Shown here one piece after another: positions 1 through 7,938 of a DNA stretch of 64,000 nucleotides. A model generated the notes under the pieces. It was not told the DNA's origin, ran no database searches, and saw only the letters and a list, made by a program, of their open reading frames with translations. The stretch comes from Candidatus Omnitrophota bacterium. GTDB taxonomy: Bacteria; Omnitrophota; Gorgyraeia; Zapsychrales; JANLHA01. The stretch lies in contig JACKFI010000002.1 of NCBI GenBank assembly GCA_020632555.1, positions 2,621 through 66,620 of the forward strand, in the 5' to 3' direction. Each line of letters starts with the position of its first letter. Within the stretch, counting starts at the first letter, position 1. A program made the position numbers and the translations under genes.

Positions 1-17
1 AATTATTAAAAAATATA

Positions 18-91
18 TCGGGAAGCCGGGATTCGAACCCGGGACCCCTTGCTCCCAAAGCAAGTGCGCTAGCCAGCTGCGCTACTCCCCG
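18..91 (-). tRNA. tRNA-Pro (anticodon UGG), 74 nt, no encoded CCA
   Basis: The reverse complement folds as a cloverleaf. Acceptor CGGGGAG/CTTCCCG plus discriminator A; D arm GCGC-AGCTGGCTA-GCGC; anticodon arm CTTGC-TTTGGGA-GCAAG (anticodon TGG); variable GGGTC; T arm CCGGG-TTCGAAT-CCCGG. Confidence 0.93.
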
Positions 92-92
92 T
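53..92. repeat. Left att repeat: 40 bp covering the 5' half of tRNA-Pro, identical to 44170..44209
   Basis: The exact string tcccaaagcaagtgcgctagccagctgcgctactccccgt is present at both positions. The flanking bases differ (c52/a44169, a93/t44210). Confidence 0.9.
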
Positions 93-94
93 AA

Positions 95-1186
95 TTATTT
101 AACTAATTGTTTGTCAAATGATTGCAAGACTTCGGATTTTTCTGATGTTTCAGCTTTTGGGCTAAGTGTCCAAAAAGTGTCCACTTTCTTACCCAAAATG
201 TCAACCGCACGCTGTTTATGGCTCGGTGCAAGATGACTATAGCGAAGCGTCATCGTAATATCTTTATGTCCCAATAATTCTCTCACCGTGTTAATGTCAA
301 CCCCAGACATGACCAACTGACTCGCAAAAGTATGTCTTAGATCGTGAAAGTGAAAACTAGTTATACCAGACTTCGCCAAAACTGTCGAGAATGATTTACG
401 GATGTCGTGCAGTGGTTCACCTGCTTCGTTACAAAATACAAAAGGACTCTCGGGGTTCTTCCTGACTCTTATGAGCGCAGTCTTGACTTGTTCATTCATG
501 GGGAGTTCCCTTTTATCGCCGTTCTTCGTGTCCAGCAAAGTAATATTATTGCGTTTGAAATCTATATCATGCCATTTGAGACTAAAAATTTCTCCTCGAC
601 GCATTCCGGTAAATAGGGCCACGACAACGATAGGACGCAACTTTTTATTGCAATGCGCCAAAAGCTTAATAATTTCTTCTTGTTCAAGAAAGCGTAATCG
701 CCCTTGAGCCTCTTTTAAAAACTGCACAGATCGCATGGGATTGACTTGTAATTTTCCCCAAGCAATTGCCTTGTTAAACATTCCCCGCAGTGTTCCCATC
801 TGACGATTGACGGTAGAAGTAGCGACGCCTTCCTTCAACCTCGCTATTTTGAAATCTTCAATGTCCTTGGCTGTAATCGTGTATAGAAATTTACCTCCTA
901 AGAATCGTTTTAAATCGGCAATGTGATAAGAGTCTGTGACCCAACTTTTCTTGTGCTGCTTAGAATGAATATTTAAATATTCTTGAGCAAAATCTTCAAA
1001 TTTAATACGCTCTTTTTTAACGACATCTAAAAACTTGCCCTCAGCAATCCCGACCTTGCGCTTACTTAAAACATTTTCTGCAAGCTTCTTGCTTGTGCCA
1101 ATGGTTTCTCGCCGACGCCTTCCATTTGGAAGTCGATAATCGATATACCAATTGCCGGTCTTTTTGTTTTGAAATACACCCTTCAT
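95..1186 (-). CDS. int: Tyrosine recombinase / phage-type integrase
   Basis: 363-aa ORF. The C-terminal catalytic region reads ...HDLRHTFASQLV...LLGHKDITMTLRYSHL (R..HxxR..Y pattern), with an N-terminal SAM-like/arm-binding region. Its stop codon is 3 nt from the tRNA 5' end. Confidence 0.92.
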   Translation of the reverse strand: MKGVFQNKKTGNWYIDYRLPNGRRRRETIGTSKKLAENVLSKRKVGIAEGKFLDVVKKERIKFEDFAQEYLNIHSKQHKKSWVTDSYHIADLKRFLGGKFLYTITAKDIEDFKIARLKEGVATSTVNRQMGTLRGMFNKAIAWGKLQVNPMRSVQFLKEAQGRLRFLEQEEIIKLLAHCNKKLRPIVVVALFTGMRRGEIFSLKWHDIDFKRNNITLLDTKNGDKRELPMNEQVKTALIRVRKNPESPFVFCNEAGEPLHDIRKSFSTVLAKSGITSFHFHDLRHTFASQLVMSGVDINTVRELLGHKDITMTLRYSHLAPSHKQRAVDILGKKVDTFWTLSPKAETSEKSEVLQSFDKQLVK

Positions 1187-1187
1187 G

Positions 1188-1334
1188 CTATTTCTTCACT
1201 TTCGACTTCTGCCATTCTTTCCAACACCATAACAACAGATTGCTGACTGTCCGTCCCTGATCCTCTGCATCTTTCTGAATTTGTTTCTTTTCTTCCTTAG
1301 TTAAACGAACATTGACTTGTTCTTCTCTCGGCAT
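1188..1334 (-). CDS. Small ribbon-helix-helix (CopG/Arc-like) protein, 48 aa (below the ORF-track cutoff)
   Basis: Hand translation gives MPREEQVNVRLTKEEKKQIQKDAEDQGRTVSNLLLWCWKEWQKSKVKK. The V-N-V-R-L-T-KEE...A...G.(T/S)VS..L pattern is typical of RHH proteins. An AGGAG sits 6 nt upstream of the ATG, and the stop is 1 nt before the int ATG, suggesting translational coupling. Confidence 0.6.
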   Translation of the reverse strand: MPREEQVNVRLTKEEKKQIQKDAEDQGRTVSNLLLWCWKEWQKSKVKK

Positions 1335-1345
1335 CGCACGCTCCT

Positions 1346-1373
1346 ATTGTATATCAATGCTATACATTGTCAA
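1346..1373 (-). promoter_or_regulatory. Sigma70-like promoter for RHH-int, with an inverted repeat in the spacer
   Basis: The minus strand reads TTGACA-16 nt-TACAAT (-35 at 1368..1373, -10 at 1346..1351), ending 11 nt upstream of the RHH ATG. An inverted repeat TGTATA-N7-TATACA overlaps the -10 hexamer and the spacer. Confidence 0.55.
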
Positions 1374-1414
1374 TCAATCTCTTTACAGCCGGACGGCTAA
1401 TTGTAGCAATATCA

Positions 1415-1594
1415 TTATATGGATTCAACAGAGTTTTCGGCTATCCACGCATCAATTTTTCGCAAGTCAAATTTGACAAGTCGGCCAATACGGACAAACG
1501 GGATCTTCCGATAGCAAACCCAAACGGAAACAGTGCCTTCCTTGAGGCCAAGGTACTGAGCGAGTTCTTTTTTATTTAAGAAGCGTCTTTCCAT
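1415..1594 (-). CDS. AlpA/excisionase-family HTH DNA-binding protein, 59 aa (below the ORF-track cutoff)
   Basis: Hand translation gives MERRFLNKKELAQYLGLKEGTVSVWVCYRKIPFVRIGRLVKFDLRKIDAWIAENSVESI. The pattern L..KE.A.YLG....T...W......IP..R.G....F....ID.W is the excisionase/HTH_17 signature. Confidence 0.7.
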   Translation of the reverse strand: MERRFLNKKELAQYLGLKEGTVSVWVCYRKIPFVRIGRLVKFDLRKIDAWIAENSVESI

Positions 1595-1667
1595 TAAATC
1601 CCAGTTTGCCTTTCTCGGCTCTGTTGATTAACTTCCTACAGCCACTCCACAAACCTATAAGATAAAT

Positions 1668-1973
1668 CTAAACTTTTGAAATTCTTCCCCCAAAAATCAT
1701 TAATACATCTAATAATTTTTGCGACATTAAGCCCTTCCCCACTAAAATCTCAGCAGCCAATCGTTGCTTACGATTATCTAATTTTCTAAAAGCAGCGTTT
1801 GTCTTTACTTCAAGCTTGCAGAATCGAACATGCTCATGTCCCGCATCGATCCCTTTATCCCGAAGCTCCTTAACACGTTTCATTGTCTTGATCATTTCGG
1901 TATAGAGCTCGACCGCCTCTGTAATATCATCACTTTGATTAATTCCCGCCGCTGATATTATGTCCATAATCAC
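1668..1973 (-). CDS. Hypothetical protein (101 aa)
   Basis: ORF co-directional with the island module. I recognise no motif. Confidence 0.4.
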   Translation of the reverse strand: MIMDIISAAGINQSDDITEAVELYTEMIKTMKRVKELRDKGIDAGHEHVRFCKLEVKTNAAFRKLDNRKQRLAAEILVGKGLMSQKLLDVLMIFGGRISKV

Positions 1974-1994
1974 TTAATCTATCGGCAACAAAAG

Positions 1995-2240
1995 CTACTA
2001 CAAAATCATTATTCCGACAGCACACCTACAACATAAACCAAGAAATTTAAAGAACTTACGGGAAATGTAGGACTATCGGAGATAAATTCGTAAAATATTC
2101 TTCCCAGCGGTGTCATTTTATGAATCATAAATTTTTAGAAATTAATTCTTCTCGTAGACTTTCATAAATTACTCCTACAATCCTACAAATTTCATAAACT
2201 TAATACTTCAAGTCACTTGCGATGTCGGAGCAATGTCGGA
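1995..2240. repeat. Iteron-like repeat array, a candidate replication origin
   Basis: CCTACAA-type heptamers at 1997, 2025, 2174 and 2182 (the last two tandem as TCCTACAATCCTACAA) and inverted at 2067..2073. TTTCATAAA flanks the tandem pair at 2160 and 2190. ATGTCGGA-N3-ATGTCGGA lies at 2222..2240. The array sits directly downstream of the primase-helicase gene. Confidence 0.45.
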
Positions 2241-2242
2241 AT

Positions 2243-4750
2243 TCAACTTTCGGTAGGAGCGCTATCCCCTACAATGTCTCCCACTAAGTCTCTTATAAAA
2301 CCTGGGCAAGCATCAATGGAAAAAACCACACAACTACAGTTAACCTTTTTAAGACGGTGATCTACGCTAACGCCAACAAAACCAGGCTCATCTTTTAAAT
2401 AATTTCTTATAGCCGCCTCCTTAAATGGCGCTTCTCGATTACGACTCTGGTATTCCTTAGCATAAAGGTTGTACAATCCATGGAAGTAAAGATAAATCTT
2501 CCCCTCTTTTACATCCCAATAGCTCTCCATTTTAGCTGACTCATTAAAGGCCAATGCCTGGATGTCCTTAAAAAACATAGCCACTGCATTCTCAGACTCT
2601 TGCTCGGCCTTGACCACGAGCAACCCCTCCTTAAACATTTTGGCAAAATCAGTATTCTCTCCAAATAGCGTGAAGGCTCCTGCCGATGCTACAGCCATAT
2701 TCGTCGCTAAACGATCATCGCCGGTAAGTTTTGCGATAGCTTCCTTATCTTCTACAAGCTGGCTCAGAAATGTTTCACAATATTGCTTACGGTTTCTTAA
2801 TATTTGATAAGCAAAAGCTGATAGTTGATCACGCTGCTTAACAAACCAATCAAAATTATTAACACGTCGGTTCTTTTCTGATACTTGCACCACCACACAA
2901 CGAGTCAAGAGAGCATTGTCACTAGGAGTTTCTTCACCGGCAATAATTAATGTCCCTCGAACCTTACCCTCGCGTATACCAAATTCCTGACGCATCCCTT
3001 TTCCTGCTGATTGGCGGTTGTACGCATTTCGCAAAAACCCATTCTTGGATGTGACCTTATCAATATTGCGGTACTCATCAATAAAAAACGGCAATGAACT
3101 GTAATAACTCAGGTACCTCTGAATCGCAACTGCGGTCGTATCGGCCGCTTGTTTACCAGCATTTTCCATCCCGAAAGAATTCATTATCCATTCCGCCACC
3201 GTTGATTTTCCCGATCCCCTTCGCCCGGTAATAAATAAGAAAGGAAAGCATCCATACTTTTTAAATACTTCATCCATAAATAAAACTCCGCATGCCCAAC
3301 CTAAACATATGGTGGCCACAAAATCTCCAATACTTTCAGCGAATTTAGCTCTTAAAAGTCCGAAATCGCATTTATTCATATTAAGGTAAGGAATACCCTC
3401 AGCGATTACGCTTTTGCCTGAAGAAATACTTAAAGGGACCGGTTTATAACCACAATTTTTTATCCAAAAAATACCCTTTTCATCATGCCGTAATTCACCT
3501 TGCTCTGAAAACACTACATTGCCGAAAACCCAGAATTTACCATCGGGAAGCCAGCCAACACAATCGGGTTCAATGATGTGTCGGCCATCATCTTCCAAGA
3601 ATAGGCTCTGCCAGATAATTTTAAGATCCTCTATGCTCCCAAGCCAAGTGTAATTGCCCTTATTCATTACGAAATTAGCAAAGGCGTCATTCTTGACCAT
3701 GGGTTCACTGGGAAGTGGAAAACTATGGGAGTGCTTGCCAAACTGATCAACGATCACAATTTCGCGGATAACACCTTCCATGGTTTCATGGCGGGCAATA
3801 ATTTTCAATGTAAAATCAGAAATGGTCTCCTGCCATTCCTGCTTTCCTTGTTTGCGGCTGGCGACGTATTTTCCAAATTCAACGGTAATGTGTGTGCGGT
3901 GATATTTCTTGGCTTGTTTGCGATTGATGATGTTTTGGACTTCTTGCGGGAGATCTTGAACAAAGGCTTTCGGATTTTTTGATTCAGAAATGACTTGTTT
4001 AATCTCCCCTGAGGTCTTGCCTTGTGCCAATGCACCGTCAAGATCTATTTTACCGTTTACACGCCAGCTATCAGGCAATCGACCGATTCGCGTATCGATA
4101 CCTTCCGTATTAAGATTTTTTGCCAAAATGAAAGAAAAATATTCCGTGTCATAACGCTTAAAAGGGTCCTCTTTATAATTAGGAAAAGCAGGATCGTCTT
4201 TAATCTCATTGTCAAACAATATACAGATCTGCTTAATCCCAGCAGCCTGTATGAACTTAACTAAGTTCTTAAAATGAGTGTCGACGAAAGATGATATCCC
4301 TGGAACGCCGATAGTCTTGATTCCCCAGACATGTCCGGCGACGGCTTTAAATTCTGACTCTGTGAGTATTGCTCCTGGAGTTGGGTCGTTAAAAACTTTC
4401 TCATGGTAAATTTGTATTGGGATTTTGAGTCCCATTTTGTGAGGACGTAGAAAGTATGCCTTATTCTCTTTGTCTAGATACGGAATAATTATGCGATCGT
4501 CCGATAGCTGAGATGAAATTATAATTTTGTCAAAGCCTTCGTACTTATGAAAAACCCCTGATACCAGGAGATTATCTTCGCTGAAGTTTGATAACAGTTC
4601 GTTCTCAAGAGTAAGCAAATACTTCCCCCCAGAAAAGAAACGATGAGATTTTATTACCTCCTCAGAAAATCCACGCTTTGACTTTAGTTCTTGTAGATGC
4701 TCAGAGCTCAATTCGCCTCGTGAAGTTATAAATTCATAAATTTCATTCAT
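2243..4750 (-). CDS. Bifunctional DNA primase-helicase (TOPRIM domain plus P-loop NTPase), P4-alpha/D5-like
   Basis: 835 aa. The N-terminal third carries TOPRIM-like acidic motifs (ILTESEFKA...GVPG...ICILFDNEIKDD). The centre carries Walker A (ITGRRGSGKST) and Walker B-like (PFFIDEY) motifs. It overlaps the upstream ORF by ATGA. Confidence 0.8.
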   Translation of the reverse strand: MNEIYEFITSRGELSSEHLQELKSKRGFSEEVIKSHRFFSGGKYLLTLENELLSNFSEDNLLVSGVFHKYEGFDKIIISSQLSDDRIIIPYLDKENKAYFLRPHKMGLKIPIQIYHEKVFNDPTPGAILTESEFKAVAGHVWGIKTIGVPGISSFVDTHFKNLVKFIQAAGIKQICILFDNEIKDDPAFPNYKEDPFKRYDTEYFSFILAKNLNTEGIDTRIGRLPDSWRVNGKIDLDGALAQGKTSGEIKQVISESKNPKAFVQDLPQEVQNIINRKQAKKYHRTHITVEFGKYVASRKQGKQEWQETISDFTLKIIARHETMEGVIREIVIVDQFGKHSHSFPLPSEPMVKNDAFANFVMNKGNYTWLGSIEDLKIIWQSLFLEDDGRHIIEPDCVGWLPDGKFWVFGNVVFSEQGELRHDEKGIFWIKNCGYKPVPLSISSGKSVIAEGIPYLNMNKCDFGLLRAKFAESIGDFVATICLGWACGVLFMDEVFKKYGCFPFLFITGRRGSGKSTVAEWIMNSFGMENAGKQAADTTAVAIQRYLSYYSSLPFFIDEYRNIDKVTSKNGFLRNAYNRQSAGKGMRQEFGIREGKVRGTLIIAGEETPSDNALLTRCVVVQVSEKNRRVNNFDWFVKQRDQLSAFAYQILRNRKQYCETFLSQLVEDKEAIAKLTGDDRLATNMAVASAGAFTLFGENTDFAKMFKEGLLVVKAEQESENAVAMFFKDIQALAFNESAKMESYWDVKEGKIYLYFHGLYNLYAKEYQSRNREAPFKEAAIRNYLKDEPGFVGVSVDHRLKKVNCSCVVFSIDACPGFIRDLVGDIVGDSAPTES

Positions 4751-5043
4751 TTTCTACCCTCCCCATATTTGTCTATTAGTTCACTAAGTTTGTTTATGAC
4801 ACTTTTATGAATTTGATCGCCTGTTACTTTGTTAATAGGATAAAAGGTTGATATTTCTTTACCATTTAACAGCTGTTTGCTCGGGTAGACTAATCGAAAG
4901 CCGTCTCCGCTGGGCCGAGAATAAATTGCAATCGAATTTAAAGAAAGTTGATTATTGAAGGTGCAGGATGCAAAAGCTACGAGTCCTTTCGAGCTAGGTT
5001 TGACTGGATAAATAATTATTTCGGATATTACTACTTCAGACAT
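4747..5043 (-). CDS. SpoVG-family nucleic-acid-binding protein
   Basis: 98 aa. The pattern ...KGLVAFASCTFNNQLSLNSIAIY...GFRLVYPSK......EISTFYPINKVTGDQIHKSVINKL parallels SpoVG (..AIASIT.D..FVVHDIRVI...G.FVAMPSK....G....IAHPIN...R..I..AV). A strong SD (AGGAGG) precedes it. Confidence 0.55.
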   Translation of the reverse strand: MSEVVISEIIIYPVKPSSKGLVAFASCTFNNQLSLNSIAIYSRPSGDGFRLVYPSKQLLNGKEISTFYPINKVTGDQIHKSVINKLSELIDKYGEGRK

Positions 5044-5055
5044 TTTTTACCTCCT

Positions 5056-5092
5056 AAAATAGAAAAACCTAACGCGAATTGGTTGCGTTAGG
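5056..5092 (-). terminator. Rho-independent terminator after ORF 5159..5812
   Basis: Perfect 8-bp stem CCTAACGC/GCGTTAGG (5068..5092) with a 9-nt loop, followed on the minus strand by TTTTTCTATTTT. Confidence 0.7.
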
Positions 5093-5158
5093 CTTATTAA
5101 ACCATGCTTCTAAAAGCATGTCGTTGCAGTCAAGAAAAATACTTTTTCATGAAGAAAA

Positions 5159-5812
5159 TTATTTCTTTGTGAAAGGCTTCAGCCACCTCCTTATAGCTGC
5201 ATCGCTAAACTTTAATTTGTCTGCTTTCGCCTTATCAGAATCGTTTGGATAACGTTTTGCGACCTCGATATCTAGGATCTTTAATAAGGGCCCCATTGGC
5301 AGAGGGGTCTTCTTTTCCATTCCCTGAAAACTCTTTATGACAATCTGTTTTAACTCTTCTTTCTCTGCAGGGACGCTTTTAAATTTGCCCCGGCGCTCCT
5401 CAATAAGGCCGTATTTTCGCAGAACATCCTTTGCAAGTTGGAACTGATCCTTTTCAATTTGAAAAATTCCTTTAAGTAATACAGCATCTATAGGGATCTC
5501 AAACATGCCCTCCGGGTAAACAAATTCGCCGGGGGTCTCTCTAGCATGTGCTATTTTCTCGTTATAATGTTTAAGGAACTCGGGAGGGAAGCAATCTCTC
5601 ATGAACTTGCCTTGCCAATAAACAATAAAATCAAAGACGTTTTCTCGACCCACATAATAAATAGACGGGGCAATCATCAAAAACGGCACCACACCACTTT
5701 TAAAGATTACGACAGGATCTTCATAATTAGGAATACTGGCAAAAACCAGACTACCATATTTATTTGCATACTTTTTAAACTCATTCTGTATAACTTCGTT
5801 GATTTTCGACAC
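5159..5812 (-). CDS. Hypothetical protein (217 aa, GTG start)
   Basis: Long ORF with GAGGA 5 nt upstream of the GTG. No recognisable motif. Confidence 0.5.
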   Translation of the reverse strand: MSKINEVIQNEFKKYANKYGSLVFASIPNYEDPVVIFKSGVVPFLMIAPSIYYVGRENVFDFIVYWQGKFMRDCFPPEFLKHYNEKIAHARETPGEFVYPEGMFEIPIDAVLLKGIFQIEKDQFQLAKDVLRKYGLIEERRGKFKSVPAEKEELKQIVIKSFQGMEKKTPLPMGPLLKILDIEVAKRYPNDSDKAKADKLKFSDAAIRRWLKPFTKK

Positions 5813-6141
5813 ATCTTCCTCACTTTTTCACTTAACAATATCAACATATTAATATCGACATTAAATCATGGCAAAAAAACAAAGTTGCAGGAAGAAATGC
5901 TTTTTCTTACGAATAGGTTCCCAGCGGAAGTTTAAAACGCAGAATGTGTTTTAGATCACCTGAAGCGAAATAACGAGATTGAAAACGTAATTTGACCCTT
6001 TTAAAGCGCCCAGTTGCCAAAACTACGTGGCCATGAACTATCAGCGGCTTGCTTTGCGGTATTGGCGCGGGTCATTGGGGCTTGCACGGCTACCGCAAAC
6101 CCATGCTCAAAATACTATTTCTTCCCCTAGGCCGCGGTACT

Positions 6142-6696
6142 TCAAACGTCGCCATTCTCAGCGTCAACTTCCAATAAAGGGAATGCTTTTTTCTCATCTA
6201 ACTGTATCGAACGGCGAACCTTTGCCAGCAATTCAGCATGAGCTGTTCGAAGTTCTTCATCGCTCATAGTGGAAAATTCGTTAACAGAAAAACTGGCCAT
6301 GAGCTCCGGCTTACGCTCTGTCTCTGATTGCGCTTGTTGAATAACTGTAACCAACCGACTAGAAAAGGCAAGAAATTCGTTTCGCTGCTTCTGAGTCTCA
6401 AGTGGATTTTTCTCAATTGCCTTTAAAATTCTCCCGCGAACTTTTTCCAGATCATCGATCCTGATCCTTTTATTTGCAATAGGGACATCGCTAATCCTGC
6501 TCAAATAAGCCGCCCGAAACTTATCTATAAACGGCTTGTTGATCTTTGCATCGCAGGTTGACCGGATGGATTCGTGGTGCAGAGAAATACCAAAATCGAC
6601 TTTTAATTGTCGCTGGATGTCCGAATAACGATACCCCTCGCCATACATGCGAAGAGCCATCATTCTTTGATCATGTGTTAGTTTTGGTTCAGCCAT
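6142..6696 (-). CDS. HTH-containing protein, possibly small-terminase/DUF2280-like
   Basis: 184 aa. The N-terminus LTHDQRMMALRMYGEGYRYSDIQRQLKVDFGISLHHESIRS resembles the HTH of phage small-terminase-like proteins, and the C-terminal half is helical. The family call is weak. Confidence 0.35.
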   Translation of the reverse strand: MAEPKLTHDQRMMALRMYGEGYRYSDIQRQLKVDFGISLHHESIRSTCDAKINKPFIDKFRAAYLSRISDVPIANKRIRIDDLEKVRGRILKAIEKNPLETQKQRNEFLAFSSRLVTVIQQAQSETERKPELMASFSVNEFSTMSDEELRTAHAELLAKVRRSIQLDEKKAFPLLEVDAENGDV

Positions 6697-6861
6697 CGAT
6701 TGATTATACCAAAAGCATCGGAAGATTTTAAGAAGAATTCTTTAGTATTATTTCAGGAAAAACGTCTTTAGATCACGGCTGTAAGAAAACGGGGGCTTTC
6801 AGCGGCATTAAGCAGTTTAATAATGAACTCGGCCTCGCTGAACTTGCCTAACAAACAAAAG

Positions 6862-7317
6862 CTACGGGGTGGTTTTGATATATATCGGATCAAGAATTGA
6901 CCCGCGACGTTGATTTTCCATTTCGCGACGCCTGCGATTTATATCTTCAATTTTTCTTTGATACTCATCATTAATTTCCTTTTGTCTAGCTTGAAACGCT
7001 TGCATTCTTTGTTGCTGAATTTGCTGCTGTTGTACCTGTATTTCATAAGTGTACCGATTCATGGCCATCTGGGCATCTTGATTAGCTCCGCAATATGGAC
7101 ACACAACTTCTTTACTGCTTTGAAGAACTTCATCAGTTACAACAAAGCCACGCAGGCAGACAGAACATAATGCACCATGTTGAGTCGAAATTTGTTGCGG
7201 TTCTGGTGGATTTTTCCACCAAGCTCCTTTAGGGTTCCCCCACACAACCTGATTCCACTGAGTCGTTGTACACCCCGCCAAACAGACCAAACTCATAATA
7301 AGAGCAATGTTACGCAT
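6862..7317 (-). CDS. Lipoprotein with a zinc-ribbon-like CxxC...CxxC motif and a Q/R-rich coiled coil
   Basis: Start moved to MRNIALIMSLVCLAGC, which has a lipobox LAGC and GGAGG 5 nt upstream. CSVC...CPYC follows, then QVQQQQIQQQRMQAFQARQKE. Confidence 0.6.
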   Translation of the reverse strand: MRNIALIMSLVCLAGCTTTQWNQVVWGNPKGAWWKNPPEPQQISTQHGALCSVCLRGFVVTDEVLQSSKEVVCPYCGANQDAQMAMNRYTYEIQVQQQQIQQQRMQAFQARQKEINDEYQRKIEDINRRRREMENQRRGSILDPIYIKTTP

Positions 7318-7384
7318 AATGCCTCCATATTCCATTTTGGCATATTACATAATGGAATATATCATTTTTGACATAGAAAGGCAA

Positions 7385-7618
7385 ATGCCAATGTCTGCCA
7401 AAAAGACAATTTATTCACAAGAGCATAAACAACTTATTGAACGGCTGATCGAAGCGCGGGAGGCTGCAAAAATACGCCAAGAAGATGTTGCGAAAAAGCT
7501 TGGAAGGACCCAATCCTACATTTCAAAGATTGAAGCCGGCCAACGCCGGGTTGATCTCGTACAACTGCAAGAACTCGCCAAAATTTATAAGAAACCTTTG
7601 AAGTTTTTCATTTCTTAG
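7385..7618 (+). CDS. XRE-family HTH transcriptional regulator
   Basis: The sequence ...IRQEDVAKKLGRTQSYISKIEAGQRRVDLVQLQELAKIY is a classic Cro/C1 HTH. Start set at the ATG at 7385, preceded by GAAAGG. It is the only non-IS plus-strand gene in the island. Confidence 0.8.
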   Translation: MPMSAKKTIYSQEHKQLIERLIEAREAAKIRQEDVAKKLGRTQSYISKIEAGQRRVDLVQLQELAKIYKKPLKFFIS

Positions 7619-7671
7619 AAACTACACCACGCCATGCCATGCCATACATTGATCATCGCCATTGATCCAAC

Positions 7672-7848
7672 CTAACGATGATTTGTGGTTTCTTCATTGC
7701 GGTAGCCACTAATACACTGCCAAGAGCCGCGGTAAAACTTTCCGCCTGAATCAGGTTTAACATTAGCAACATGCCTATGTCCACAAACCGTGCATTCCAT
7801 CAACCCTGTGCTCGGATCCAACAGCTTCATTGTACCTTTAGCCATCAT
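7672..7848 (-). CDS. Small Cys-containing protein (58 aa), possibly a zinc ribbon
   Basis: MMAKGTMKLLDPSTGLMECTVCGHRH...SWQC. A strong SD (AAGGAGGTG) lies 5 nt upstream. The gene starts 90 nt downstream of the HerA stop, on the same strand. Confidence 0.45.
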   Translation of the reverse strand: MMAKGTMKLLDPSTGLMECTVCGHRHVANVKPDSGGKFYRGSWQCISGYRNEETTNHR

Positions 7849-7938
7849 TAACACCTCCTTTCTATTCTTTACTGGCAAGCCCAAATGAGGCAGCAATTAC
7901 CCAACGCATTTTATCCCGTAGTCCTACCTGTTTCACAA

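Noticed and set aside
402-707. Plus-strand ORFs of 101 and 69 aa (402..707, 407..616) inside the integrase gene.
   Set aside because: They are antisense shadows of a well-supported integrase CDS. The same applies to the many antisense ORFs inside the primase, HerA, SIR2, ATPase, RND, TolC-family, ArsA, AsmA-like, gap and GalT-like genes. Examples are 2562..2807, 12932..13390, 19219..19662, 31060..31614, 57958..58497 and 60302..60820.
1367-1579. A 70-aa plus-strand ORF with a TTG start.
   Set aside because: It lies opposite a 59-aa minus-strand ORF with a clear excisionase/AlpA HTH signature. The plus-strand product has no motif and no SD.
6027-6269. An 80-aa plus-strand ORF in the GC-rich gap.
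   Set aside because: It overlaps the 3' end of 6142..6696 in antisense, has no SD, and has an R/P/S-rich composition typical of out-of-frame GC-rich DNA.
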